From: Spirochaetota bacterium
Lineage (GTDB): Bacteria > Spirochaetota > UBA4802 > UBA5550
NCBI GenBank assembly: GCA_040768125.1
Contig: JAXGNG010000002.1
Coordinates: forward strand, 42,759 to 106,758
Length of the DNA stretch: 64,000 bases
Direction of reading: 5' to 3'
Shown here: in pieces, positions 47,676 to 57,168 of the stretch
Layout: every line of letters begins with the position of its first letter
Numbering within the stretch: the stretch's first letter is position 1
Made by a program: the position numbers and the translations under genes
Notes under the pieces: generated by a model
The model's input: the letters and a program-made list of their open reading frames with translations, nothing else
What the model was told of the DNA's origin: nothing
The model's database searches: none

Positions 47676-48596
47676 ATGACACGCCGTACCGTGAACATCA
47701 GCGCTATCGTGATAGCGCTGATGTTGTTTTTGCCCCGGTGGAACGACGCGCGTGCGCTGCCCCTCACCGAGACGATCTACATGATCCCGGAGTACAGCGT
47801 CGAGATTTTTTTCAGGGACGAGATTTTCCAGACCGACCGGTACGCGAGGAAGGATTCGGCGGGTCTCGGTTTCGGGGTGACTGATGATTTCTCGCTCTGG
47901 ATGAGCATTGACTACCTGAGCCAGGGTCCATTCAAGGTTACCAGGTCTGAAATCGGGGATCTTTTCTTCAAGGGCAAGTTCTTCATCGGCGATTACGCGG
48001 GAAACGATGTTCACCTCGGTTTCTTCATCGAGCTGCGCTTCCCCCTCGGGAAGGACGCCTACGGCAGCACGTACTGGCGCAACCTTGCCCTGGGGCGGTA
48101 CGAATTGACCTTCGGTCCCTTCGCGAGGTTTGATATCGTCGATATCCTCTTTCTTCATTGCAACCTGTTCTATACATTTCGCGAGGGCCGGGCCGAGGAT
48201 TTTTTCGGGGGTTTCTATTTCGATATAACCGAGAAGGAGACATGGAAAAAGGTCTTCGGACTCAACCCGAAGGAAAAGGACACCTTCCTCGGCGTCAACC
48301 GCCTGAAGAACGATTATTTCACGGCGGCACTGGCCATTAATACCGGCCGGTTGTATCCCTTTGTGCCCTATATCGAATTACGCGGCGCCGTTCGCGTGAG
48401 CAGGGCGCACATCGATACCGGAGGCGTGCCCATCGAGGCGGCCAGATACAATTCCTTCCTGATGTCGGCCGGGCTGCGATATTTTTTCAGGGAGGCGATA
48501 TACCTGGGTGTCTATACGGTTCAGAATCCCATCCGGGCCTCCCAGAAGGGGTTTATCCAGGCGATCTACGGCCTTGAGTTGAGCTTCCAGCTGTAA
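47676..48596 (+). CDS. Probable outer-membrane beta-barrel protein
   Basis: Signal peptide, alternating aromatic beta strands and a C-terminal YGLELSFQL. Confidence 0.6.
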   Translation: MTRRTVNISAIVIALMLFLPRWNDARALPLTETIYMIPEYSVEIFFRDEIFQTDRYARKDSAGLGFGVTDDFSLWMSIDYLSQGPFKVTRSEIGDLFFKGKFFIGDYAGNDVHLGFFIELRFPLGKDAYGSTYWRNLALGRYELTFGPFARFDIVDILFLHCNLFYTFREGRAEDFFGGFYFDITEKETWKKVFGLNPKEKDTFLGVNRLKNDYFTAALAINTGRLYPFVPYIELRGAVRVSRAHIDTGGVPIEAARYNSFLMSAGLRYFFREAIYLGVYTVQNPIRASQKGFIQAIYGLELSFQL

Positions 48597-48853
48597 ACGC
48601 CGCTGGCGGGATGGCGCATGGCGCGCGCCCCTGAAGTGATTGAAACGCACAACGGTTGTCCGCCCGGAAAGGCCGGAAATATGGCTTGACGTAATTACTT
48701 TTATCTGTTACCCATGAAGCGACATGCCGCTCCGGGGGCGTGGGTCAATATTGTGTAATGCCCCGGGGGCTTCGAGCCGAAAATATAGCATACCGAAACG
48801 GGTTCGCGCGATCCTTCATTGCCGCCCGGCCCGGTGAATGGGAGGTAGATGCG

Positions 48854-49576
48854 ATGATTTCCATGCAGCAACTAGAAGAGCTTGAAAACCGGGTGGTGAA
48901 GGCGCTTCAGCTGATAGGCGATTTGAGGAGCGAGAACTCCAAACTTGAAAATGAAAACGAGGACCTCAAGGGCGAACTGGAGGAGACCAAGCTGAGCCTC
49001 GAGGAGAAGGAGCAGGAAATCGAGAAAATCCGGCGCGAGCTCGATGAGGCCACAAGGGAACTCGAGGAACTTAACGCGAAGGAAGAGATGCTCGAGAAGA
49101 AAGTCGTCGCCCTCCTCGGCAAGCTGGATGAACTTTCTCCCGGGGGCGGGATACCCGCCGGCGACAGGGCTGCGCGCAAGAGTTTTTCATCAGCCGTGCC
49201 CCCCTCTGCCAGCTCCGGCAGGGTACAGGCGCGGACATCATCAAAGGAAGACACCATCGTCATAGACGATATCGATGAAGATATCAGGATCGAAACGGTC
49301 GACAAGAAGAAAAAACCCGACATGGACGATGATGACGACATCATCATCATCGATGATGAAGGAGATCTTTCCTCGAAAGACAGCGCTGGCGTGGCACTTG
49401 AAACGGTATCCGAGGGCGAGGATGACATTATACTTCTCGATGAGGGAGACGAGGAAATCGTGATCGACGACATAGAGAAGGATTCGATTATCATAGACGA
49501 GGATGAGATTGTTCCCAAAAAGAAGGAAACCCGCCATGAAAAAGACGACGAGTTTCTTATCATCGAGGATGACTGA
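48854..49576 (+). CDS. ZapB-like coiled-coil protein with acidic repeat tail
   Basis: N-terminal LEELENRVVKALQLI coiled coil, directly upstream of zapA. GGAGG RBS before ATG 48854. Confidence 0.7.
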   Translation: MISMQQLEELENRVVKALQLIGDLRSENSKLENENEDLKGELEETKLSLEEKEQEIEKIRRELDEATRELEELNAKEEMLEKKVVALLGKLDELSPGGGIPAGDRAARKSFSSAVPPSASSGRVQARTSSKEDTIVIDDIDEDIRIETVDKKKKPDMDDDDDIIIIDDEGDLSSKDSAGVALETVSEGEDDIILLDEGDEEIVIDDIEKDSIIIDEDEIVPKKKETRHEKDDEFLIIEDD

Positions 49577-49605
49577 ACGGCGGGGGACCGATACGAGGGT
49601 GCACC

Positions 49606-49929
49606 ATGCAAGCAAGCAGCGTTAAAGTGACACTTTTCGGCCAGACCTACACCATCCATGGCGACGCTCCCAGGGATTACATCCTTCAGCTCGCCGAATA
49701 CCTCAACGCCAAGATGGAGGAGGTCAGGGCCGGGGGCGCCGTAAGCAATCCGGCGCAGGTGGCGATACTCGCCGCGCTGAACGTGGCGGACGAGTATTTC
49801 CAGCTTAAAAAACTGAAGGTCGGCTCGGACAGCGAGGTTGAGAAAAGGACCCTGGCGCTCATATCCATGCTTGACAGGGGACTCATAGGCGACGTGTTTA
49901 CGCATAGCTCGCCCACGTCAAAGGCGTGA
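49606..49929 (+). CDS. zapA: Cell division protein ZapA
   Basis: Motifs VKVTLFGQTY and AILAALNVADE. Confidence 0.92.
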   Translation: MQASSVKVTLFGQTYTIHGDAPRDYILQLAEYLNAKMEEVRAGGAVSNPAQVAILAALNVADEYFQLKKLKVGSDSEVEKRTLALISMLDRGLIGDVFTHSSPTSKA

Positions 49930-50235
49930 CAGGGCCTCCTGTCCCGGGCGTGGGCGTGCCGCGGAAACCGGGCCAGAGCGCCTGCCCGGCTCTAGCGCGG
50001 CGGGTTTTTCATCCAGGTTCACTTTTTATTCTCCCCGAAAAAAATGCTTGAAATGTACGCCTTTTGTTTTAGATTACAGAGGTGCCGTTTGGCCTCCGGG
50101 ACACGTTTTCCCGGCCGGCGTTTCGAGTGGCGGCGTACCGGCAGTTGCGATGCCGGAACCATGAAGGATGCTTTTCATTCCGGATGACCGCCGGGAGAGG
50201 GGCGCTCCCCCGGCCCGGTTGGCAGGTGGCGGGTT

Positions 50236-50751
50236 ATGAATTTGAACGAGCTGATCAAGAACCAGAACGGCCTTGAGGATGCGGTGGACGTCAACGGAGA
50301 AGGGGAGGCCGCCGTCGAGGGCGCCATTATACAGCTGGTCAGTTTCGTCCTCGAGGACGTGGAGTACGGTATCGATATCCTCGCCGTCCATGAGATTCTC
50401 CGGTACCCGGAAGTCACCAGGGTTCCGAATACCCCGGACTTCATCATTGGCGTCATTAACCTTCGCGGCAATGTCATCCCCGTCGTTGACGTGCGGATGC
50501 GTTTCGGTTTTCCCCGTGCCGTGGTGACGGACCTCACGCGAATTATCGTAATCGAAACGCTTGACAAGCTGGTCGGTCTGATGGTGGATAATGTGCACCA
50601 GGTGGTGAGGATATCCCACGCAAACGTCGATCCGCCTTCGGAGTTGATCGAGGGTGTATCTGAGCTCTACATATGGGGCATCGGAAGGCTCAGGGACAGG
50701 CTTATCGTCATTCTGAACCTCTCGAACATACTTTTCCTCGAAGAGGACTAG
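50236..50751 (+). CDS. cheW: Chemotaxis coupling protein CheW
   Basis: Motifs YGIDI, TRVPNTPDFIIGVINLRGNVIPVVD and GLMVD. Confidence 0.96.
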   Translation: MNLNELIKNQNGLEDAVDVNGEGEAAVEGAIIQLVSFVLEDVEYGIDILAVHEILRYPEVTRVPNTPDFIIGVINLRGNVIPVVDVRMRFGFPRAVVTDLTRIIVIETLDKLVGLMVDNVHQVVRISHANVDPPSELIEGVSELYIWGIGRLRDRLIVILNLSNILFLEED

Positions 50752-50817
50752 GGTGGCGCCGACCGTGGCGAAGGCCGGTCATTTTTTTTCAGTGTAACGA
50801 ACTAGCGGGGTTGCAAT

Positions 50818-53800
50818 ATGGCATTTTCTCTCGGTGAGTATCAGGACATCTTCCTGGAGGAGGCGGACGAACAGCTCCAGGAACTTAACCAGAATCTACT
50901 AGAACTGGAGCGCAATCCCGAGAACATCGAAATAATCAACAACATTTTTCGCGCGGCCCATTCCCTGAAAAGCTCCGCTGCATTCGTCGGCCTGAACGAA
51001 CTCAGCGACCTCGCCCACATGATGGAAAACCTTCTCCAGGGGATCCGTGACGGCAGCATGGCCGTCACCCCTGAAATCGTTGACGTCATATTCAAATGCT
51101 TCGATGAAATACACAACGTGATCGACACGATTTCGTCTGGCGAGAAGCCGGAGCAGGACCTCCAGTGGCTTATCAACGATATCCAGGCCATATGCGACAA
51201 GACGAACAGGGCCGCCGGCGGCCGGAGCAGAAAAGCGGCAAAGGCGGTCGCCGGGCGGGGGGGCGATTCCTCCCTGGGCTCAATGCTCGACGCAGATGCG
51301 AGACGGATGGTGCGGCGGGGCCTGGAATCGGGCAGTTCCTGCTGCGAGGTGACGGTATTCATCGACCCGAAGGCGCAGATGAAATGGGTGAAGGCCCAGC
51401 TGGTGCTGAACAACCTGGAGAAGATCGGCGATATCGTGGCAACGCAGCCGTCCATCGAGGACCTCAGCGATGACGAGATGAACAACGTGGTGAGGATCGT
51501 CATGCTCACCGACTCGACCAACGAGGAGATCCGCCGCGCCGCTGACGTGGATCTCGTGCAGAGAATCGACCTGAGGGCACTCCAGGTTTCTCAAAAGGAC
51601 GACAAGGTGGTCCTGAAGTTCGGGGAGACCGAAAGCTATTCCAGCGACGAGGTTCCCGCCCGCGTTCCCGCCACGAACGGCGAACGGTTTTCCAGTGACG
51701 ATCTCATTCCCGCCGATTCCGCGGCGGGAGGGGGCGATGATGAGGAAGAGGAGTATCAGGAGGTCCTGGGCGAGGACGTCGTCGCGGTCCGGACGGGGGA
51801 CCGCACGGAGCAGGAAAGGAAGAAGATATCGGTTCTCAAGACGGTGAAGGTCTCCATTGACAAGCTCGACCTGCTGCTGAACAACGTGGGCGAGCTCGTC
51901 ATCGCGAATTCCGGATTTTACAAGCTCTACGAGGAGATGCGGAAGATCAGCGAGGAAAAATCGATCATCAACGAGTTCAAGAGCCGGATGGAGCAGATGT
52001 CCCGGATCGCCAAGGACCTGCAGAGCGGCATCATGAAGACCAGAATGGTCCCCGTGGGGCAGGTGCTGAACCGTTTCAGGCGCCTGGTGCGCGACCTCGC
52101 GAAGGAATTCAACAAGAGCGCGAACCTTCTCATAAAGGGCGAGGAGACGGAGCTCGACAAGAAGGTGATCGACTCGATTGGCGAGCCGCTCCTTCATCTT
52201 CTCAGGAACGCCGTTGACCATGGGATCGAATCCTCCCAGGAGCGCGAGAAGCTGGGCAAGCCGCCCGTTGCCCAGATCACCCTCAACGCCTACCAGAGCG
52301 GGAACCAGATTTTTATCGAGGTGAGCGACGACGGGCGCGGCCTGAATATCGATCACATCAAGCGGAAGGCGGTGCAGCTGGGGCTCGCGACGCCGGAGAT
52401 GATCGCGGCCCTCGATGACGCCGCGATCTACGATTTCATTTTCACGCCCGGCTTCTCCACCGCCGAAAGGGTGACGGACATATCCGGACGCGGCGTTGGC
52501 ATGAACGTGGTCAAGGAGATCGTGAACGAGCTGAACGGCTCGGTCGCCATCGAGACCGAATGGGGGATGGGCACACGCTTCGTGCTTTCCTTTCCCATCA
52601 CCCTGGCGATCATACCCGCGATCATGGTCAAGGTCAGGAAGGAGATGTACGCCATCCCCCTCTCGGACGTTATCGAAACCATCAAGATATCCCAGGCCGA
52701 CATCACCACCATCGAGGGCCACGAGGTGATAAATCTGCGCGGTGAAATACTGTCCCTTCTCCGGCTGTCGCGCTTCATCAGGCTTGAGAGCGGCCTGGGC
52801 CCTGATGACAAGATGCCCGTGGTGGTGGTGGGGTTCGGCAACAGGAAGATCGGGCTCATCGTCGACCAGCTTGAAGGCAAGCAGGAGATCGTCATCAAGT
52901 CCCTGGAGCAGAACTACAAGACCGTGGAGGGACTCGCGGGGGCCTCCATACTCGGGGACGGGAGCATATGCCTGATCCTGGATATCTCGTCGATGATTAA
53001 CAAGGTGATCGCGGAGCAGGACCGTGTCTCGCGGACGGAGAAGCGCCGCGTCGTCGAGTCGACGGAGGCCGCCGTCGAGGAGATTCCCCAGGAGGATGAA
53101 CCGGCTCCCCTGCCGCGTGCCGCCGCGGCTCCGCCACCCGCGCCGGAGAAAATGCGCGGTGTAGACGCGGCACCGAAGAAAAAAGAGCAAGACAGGGTCG
53201 AAGCAACGGTCACGCCCATCGCCGGTGCCGAAACGAGGCGCATTGAGAAGGGAAGGGGAACGGGAAATGATGAACAGATAGAGAAGAGGGTTCACGACGC
53301 CCTGGAGGACTTCAGGCATGAGCTCAGGGACAGCATCAAGTCAGCGGCGGAAAGCGGGCTCCCCTCGGACCATATCATAAGCTCCCTGGAACTTACCCGG
53401 GAGGACCTGAACGAGTTCCAGCTCATTGCCAATGTCGGGGCCGCCAACGCGGCGGAATCCCTGTCGAAGATAATGAACAAGCGGATTGATCTATCGATCC
53501 CCGAGGTCACGCTGATGCCGATTGAGCAGATCCCGAAGCATATCGGCGATATTGACAGCGTCTACATGGGGGTCATGATGCCGGTCCTGGGGGATTCCCG
53601 CGGGACGGTGCTCTTCATATTCAAGGAGGATATCGGTTTTGACGTGATCGATCTCCTCTACGGCACCACTACCAGCACCACGCGACAGCTTACGGAGGAC
53701 GGTGAATCCGCGCTCCAGGAACTGACGAATATCGTGGGTTCCTCGGTGATTAACGTGTTTTCGGAAAAAACGGGCCTGGTGATACGCGCGGGTCTCCCCA

Positions 53801-53991
53801 CCATCGTCCACGATTTCCTCCAGTCGGTCATCGATTCGATCCTGGTACTGCACAACATGATGAATGATTACGCCATCGTCATGGACACGGCCTTCTATTT
53901 CGAGAACGATAAAATCATCGGGAACCTGCTGTTCCTTCCGGAGGCCGACTCTCTGAAAATCATCGTCGAGCGCATGAGGTCGAATGTCTGA
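50818..53991 (+). CDS. cheA: Chemotaxis histidine kinase CheA with C-terminal CheC-like domain
   Basis: HPt IFRAAHSLKS, P2, dimerisation domain, RNAVDHGIE, DDGRG, SGRGVG and P5. A C-terminal CheC-like segment follows (IANVGAANAAESLS...ALQELTNIV). Confidence 0.95.
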   Translation: MAFSLGEYQDIFLEEADEQLQELNQNLLELERNPENIEIINNIFRAAHSLKSSAAFVGLNELSDLAHMMENLLQGIRDGSMAVTPEIVDVIFKCFDEIHNVIDTISSGEKPEQDLQWLINDIQAICDKTNRAAGGRSRKAAKAVAGRGGDSSLGSMLDADARRMVRRGLESGSSCCEVTVFIDPKAQMKWVKAQLVLNNLEKIGDIVATQPSIEDLSDDEMNNVVRIVMLTDSTNEEIRRAADVDLVQRIDLRALQVSQKDDKVVLKFGETESYSSDEVPARVPATNGERFSSDDLIPADSAAGGGDDEEEEYQEVLGEDVVAVRTGDRTEQERKKISVLKTVKVSIDKLDLLLNNVGELVIANSGFYKLYEEMRKISEEKSIINEFKSRMEQMSRIAKDLQSGIMKTRMVPVGQVLNRFRRLVRDLAKEFNKSANLLIKGEETELDKKVIDSIGEPLLHLLRNAVDHGIESSQEREKLGKPPVAQITLNAYQSGNQIFIEVSDDGRGLNIDHIKRKAVQLGLATPEMIAALDDAAIYDFIFTPGFSTAERVTDISGRGVGMNVVKEIVNELNGSVAIETEWGMGTRFVLSFPITLAIIPAIMVKVRKEMYAIPLSDVIETIKISQADITTIEGHEVINLRGEILSLLRLSRFIRLESGLGPDDKMPVVVVGFGNRKIGLIVDQLEGKQEIVIKSLEQNYKTVEGLAGASILGDGSICLILDISSMINKVIAEQDRVSRTEKRRVVESTEAAVEEIPQEDEPAPLPRAAAAPPPAPEKMRGVDAAPKKKEQDRVEATVTPIAGAETRRIEKGRGTGNDEQIEKRVHDALEDFRHELRDSIKSAAESGLPSDHIISSLELTREDLNEFQLIANVGAANAAESLSKIMNKRIDLSIPEVTLMPIEQIPKHIGDIDSVYMGVMMPVLGDSRGTVLFIFKEDIGFDVIDLLYGTTTSTTRQLTEDGESALQELTNIVGSSVINVFSEKTGLVIRAGLPTIVHDFLQSVIDSILVLHNMMNDYAIVMDTAFYFENDKIIGNLLFLPEADSLKIIVERMRSNV

Positions 53992-55039
53992 CGAAATCAG
54001 AGTGCTGGTGGTTGATGATTCGTCCCTTGTCAGAAAAATCATAACCGATGAACTGGAGAAGGATCCCGGGATCAGGGTCGTGGGAGCGGCCGATAACGGC
54101 GAGATGGCCGTTCGGATGAACGAGGAGCTTGACCCTGACGTCATCACCATGGACATAGAGATGCCGGTCCTCGACGGCCTCTCCGCCCTGCGACGGATCA
54201 TCGCCGCCCACCCCAAGCCCGTCATCATGATGAGCGTCTTCACCCAGCATGGGGCCGAGGAGACCTTCAGGGCGCTGGAATACGGCGCCGTCGATTTCAT
54301 ACCGAAGCCATCGTCGATGCTTTCCATGTCGGTGAAAGAAATCGGCGAGCAGCTGAGGACCAAGGTCCGCTCGGTTTTCCGTCCCCGCGAGAAGGCGCCG
54401 TCGAAGGGGGCGGGCACGCGTCCCGTTGCCGCCGATCGGGCAAGGGAGCGCCACTTCGAACCGGGGAGCCGGAGCTCCCGTCTCGTGGGCATTGGCACTT
54501 CCACGGGGGGGCCCGCGGCGCTCATACAGATATTCAGCAGGCTTCCCATGCATTTCCCGGCGTCGGTCCTGGTGGTACAGCACATGCCGGAGGGCTTTAC
54601 GAGGGCCTTCGCGGAGCGCCTTAACATGATTTCCAACCTCGCAGTGAAGGAGGCCGAGGACGGTGATTCGCTCCGGCCCGGTTGCGGATATGTCGCCCCG
54701 GGGGACCGACATATCTCCGTCGAACCAGGGGAGGGCGGGCGCACGCTGCGCGTGTTCAGCGGGGACAAGGTATCGGGGCACAGGCCCTCGATCGACGTGC
54801 TTTTCGAATCGATGGCGAAGCACGCGGGCCGGGATTCCGTGGCGGTGATAATGACGGGCATGGGCAAGGACGGCGCCGCGGGAATCGCGCGCGTCAAGGA
54901 ATCGGGGGGCCGGACCATCGCGCAGAACGAGGAAACATCGGTGGTGTACGGCATGAACAGGGTGGCCGTGGAAAAGGGGAAAGTCGATGATATCGTGCCT
55001 TTATCGGAAATTCCAAAAAAAATTGTTGAATATATTTAA
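53984..55039 (+). CDS. cheB: Chemotaxis response regulator protein-glutamate methylesterase
   Basis: REC domain plus GTSTGGP, QHMP and TGMGKDG. Confidence 0.97.
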   Translation: MSDEIRVLVVDDSSLVRKIITDELEKDPGIRVVGAADNGEMAVRMNEELDPDVITMDIEMPVLDGLSALRRIIAAHPKPVIMMSVFTQHGAEETFRALEYGAVDFIPKPSSMLSMSVKEIGEQLRTKVRSVFRPREKAPSKGAGTRPVAADRARERHFEPGSRSSRLVGIGTSTGGPAALIQIFSRLPMHFPASVLVVQHMPEGFTRAFAERLNMISNLAVKEAEDGDSLRPGCGYVAPGDRHISVEPGEGGRTLRVFSGDKVSGHRPSIDVLFESMAKHAGRDSVAVIMTGMGKDGAAGIARVKESGGRTIAQNEETSVVYGMNRVAVEKGKVDDIVPLSEIPKKIVEYI

Positions 55040-55205
55040 CACAATGCTTTAATATGACCACAATTGGTCCGTGTGTATTAAGCGGAAAATGATACTTCGC
55101 TGGTAATCCCGCCGCGACGGAGCGCGGTGATAATTGAGGAGACAGTATCATTGTAAGCCTTGCGCGTTCAGGCCGTAACGATGAATCGGTAAATGGAGTA
55201 GGTTC

Positions 55206-55565
55206 ATGGCGACCATTCTTATTGTTGATGATGCGAAATTCATGAGGACGCTCGTCAAGGACGCGCTGGTTCCCGCTGGTCACGAAATAATCGGCGAGGC
55301 TGAAAACGGGAACGAGGCAATCCTGCTCTATAAAAAACTGAAGCCCGACCTCGTCACGATGGACATCACGATGAGGGAGAAGGACGGTATCGAGGCCGCG
55401 GAAGAAATACTGAAGACCGATACCAACGCGCGAATTATAATGGTCACGGCCCTGGGCCAGGAGAATCTCCTGACCAAGGCAATCAAGCTCGGCGTGAAGG
55501 ATTTCGTCGTGAAACCGTTCCCGCCGGAACGCCTGCAGAAAGCGGCGGAGAAGGCCCTGGCCTGA
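55206..55565 (+). CDS. cheY: Chemotaxis response regulator CheY
   Basis: Single REC domain (VDDAKFMR, MDITM, TALGQ, KPF) within the che cluster. Confidence 0.92.
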   Translation: MATILIVDDAKFMRTLVKDALVPAGHEIIGEAENGNEAILLYKKLKPDLVTMDITMREKDGIEAAEEILKTDTNARIIMVTALGQENLLTKAIKLGVKDFVVKPFPPERLQKAAEKALA

Positions 55566-55601
55566 GCACCCGCCTGTCAGTTGCCCCGCCGGTCGTGGAA
55601 G

Positions 55602-55630
55602 GAACCCCTGCTTCTCGAGGGGTTTTTTTT
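55602..55630 (+). terminator. Intrinsic terminator after cheY
   Basis: GAACCCCT-gcttctcg-AGGGGTT followed by a T-tract. Confidence 0.7.
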
Positions 55631-55698
55631 AATCCCGGGAACGCGGCGTTGATGGCATGGCGGGTTTCCACATGATGGGGGGCCGGGGGATGGGACCC

Positions 55699-56466
55699 AT
55701 GAGCGAAGGCGAAGTAACAAACGAACACGCTTCCCCGTCGGAGGGAGAGGCCAGCCCGATCATCCACATCGAGAATTTCGACGGTCCCCTCGACCTCCTC
55801 TGGGACCTCATTAAGAAATCGAAAATTGACGTCACGGAGATCACCATCTCGCATATCACGGAACAGTACCTGGGTTACCTGAAACTGATGGAAAAGCTGA
55901 ACGTGAGGATCGCGACGGATTTCATCAGGATGGCCTCCGAACTGCTCTTTTACAAGAGCTGCGCGCTTCTCCCTTCGGCCTCGATCGAGGACGAATATTT
56001 CGTTCCTCCGCTTCCCCCCGAACTTGTGCAGAAGCTTCTGGAATTCAAGAAATTCCAGATCGCGGCCCGGGGGCTCCTCAGGGAATACGAGGCAAGCGGT
56101 GATATCCTCTGTCGCGAGAATCCCGTTGAGGATATCATCGAGATCGATGATTTTGGCGAGGTTTCCCTCTTTGATCTCCTCCGGGCCTTTGCGGGAGTGT
56201 TGGAGGCCCAGAGGGCGGAGGAGGAACGAGAAATAATATTTGACGAGATTCTCGTCAGTGACAGGATTGATTATATCAAGGCATTGATTTCCAGTAAAGA
56301 GGTGGTTCATTTCCCCGATATCTTCACCGCCAGGCCGTCAAGGATGGAGATCGTGGTGACCTTCATGGCGATTCTCGAGATGGCCAGGACGAGGATCATC
56401 AGGCTGCTCCAGCACCGGACCTTCGGCGTTATACGGATCGTTCGGCACAACGCCGCTGCCTCCTGA
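55699..56466 (+). CDS. scpA: Segregation and condensation protein A
   Basis: Motifs FDGPLDLL, ITEQYL and FMAILEM. Confidence 0.93.
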   Translation: MSEGEVTNEHASPSEGEASPIIHIENFDGPLDLLWDLIKKSKIDVTEITISHITEQYLGYLKLMEKLNVRIATDFIRMASELLFYKSCALLPSASIEDEYFVPPLPPELVQKLLEFKKFQIAARGLLREYEASGDILCRENPVEDIIEIDDFGEVSLFDLLRAFAGVLEAQRAEEEREIIFDEILVSDRIDYIKALISSKEVVHFPDIFTARPSRMEIVVTFMAILEMARTRIIRLLQHRTFGVIRIVRHNAAAS

Positions 56467-56559
56467 AAGGGGGGCGCGGGGGGGGGGGGAAGAACAGCCG
56501 CCACCGGTAATGATAGACCCGCCACCCACCGGGGAGGGCGAATCAAACCCAGAGGTGAC

Positions 56560-57168
56560 ATGGCAGCGCTACAGGATGATGTCGTGGACGTCGACGGCCA
56601 GGAAACTATCGCGGAGGAGGCCCACGAGGGCGACGATGTCTCGATAAAGGGGCTTCTCGAGGCCGTGCTTTTTTTAAGCAACGAGCCCGTCCCCCTTTCC
56701 TTTTTCGTGAAGCAGTTTTCAATCGACGCGACCCATGCGAAGATCATTCTCGATTCGATCGTCGACGAGTTCGAGGAACGCGACGGCGGGATCAAGCTTC
56801 AGGAGATCGCCAGGGGATACCAGTTCGTCACCAATCCCCGCTACGGCGAGCAGATCCGCGGCGTCATGGGAATCCGGAAGCGCGAGGGGCTCTCGAAGAG
56901 CATGCTCGAAACGCTCGCGATAATCGCCTACAAGCAGCCCATCGTCCTCGCGGAAATCGACGAGCTTCGGGGCGTCTCCTCCCGCCCGATGGTGGTGAAG
57001 CTCATGGAGCGCAATCTCGTGAAGCCCACGGGACGCAAGGAGATCCCGGGCCGCCCCCTTTCCTACGGGACCACCAACGAATTCCTCCGGTGCTTCGGCC
57101 TGAACCGCCTGTCGGACCTTCCGAAGATATCGGAGATCAAGGAGTTCTCGGTCAACTGGGATGAGTAA
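56560..57168 (+). CDS. scpB: Segregation and condensation protein B
   Basis: Motifs LEAVLF, ETLAIIAYKQPI, GRPLSYGTT and FGL...DLP. Confidence 0.95.
   Translation: MAALQDDVVDVDGQETIAEEAHEGDDVSIKGLLEAVLFLSNEPVPLSFFVKQFSIDATHAKIILDSIVDEFEERDGGIKLQEIARGYQFVTNPRYGEQIRGVMGIRKREGLSKSMLETLAIIAYKQPIVLAEIDELRGVSSRPMVVKLMERNLVKPTGRKEIPGRPLSYGTTNEFLRCFGLNRLSDLPKISEIKEFSVNWDE

Noticed and set aside
49930-50235. 6S RNA after zapA, its usual genomic position
   Set aside because: Only local GC-rich hairpins and a probable cheW promoter are present. I cannot fold a long rod with a central bubble. A covariance-model search would be needed.
2254-54954. Long antisense or alternate-frame ORFs (e.g. 2254-3927, 6659-8047, 11974-13332, 17865-19736, 37580-38659, 51280-53319, 53491-54954)
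   Set aside because: Each overlaps a well-supported gene, mostly on the opposite strand, and has no recognisable motifs. They are the expected shadows of high-GC3 codon usage.
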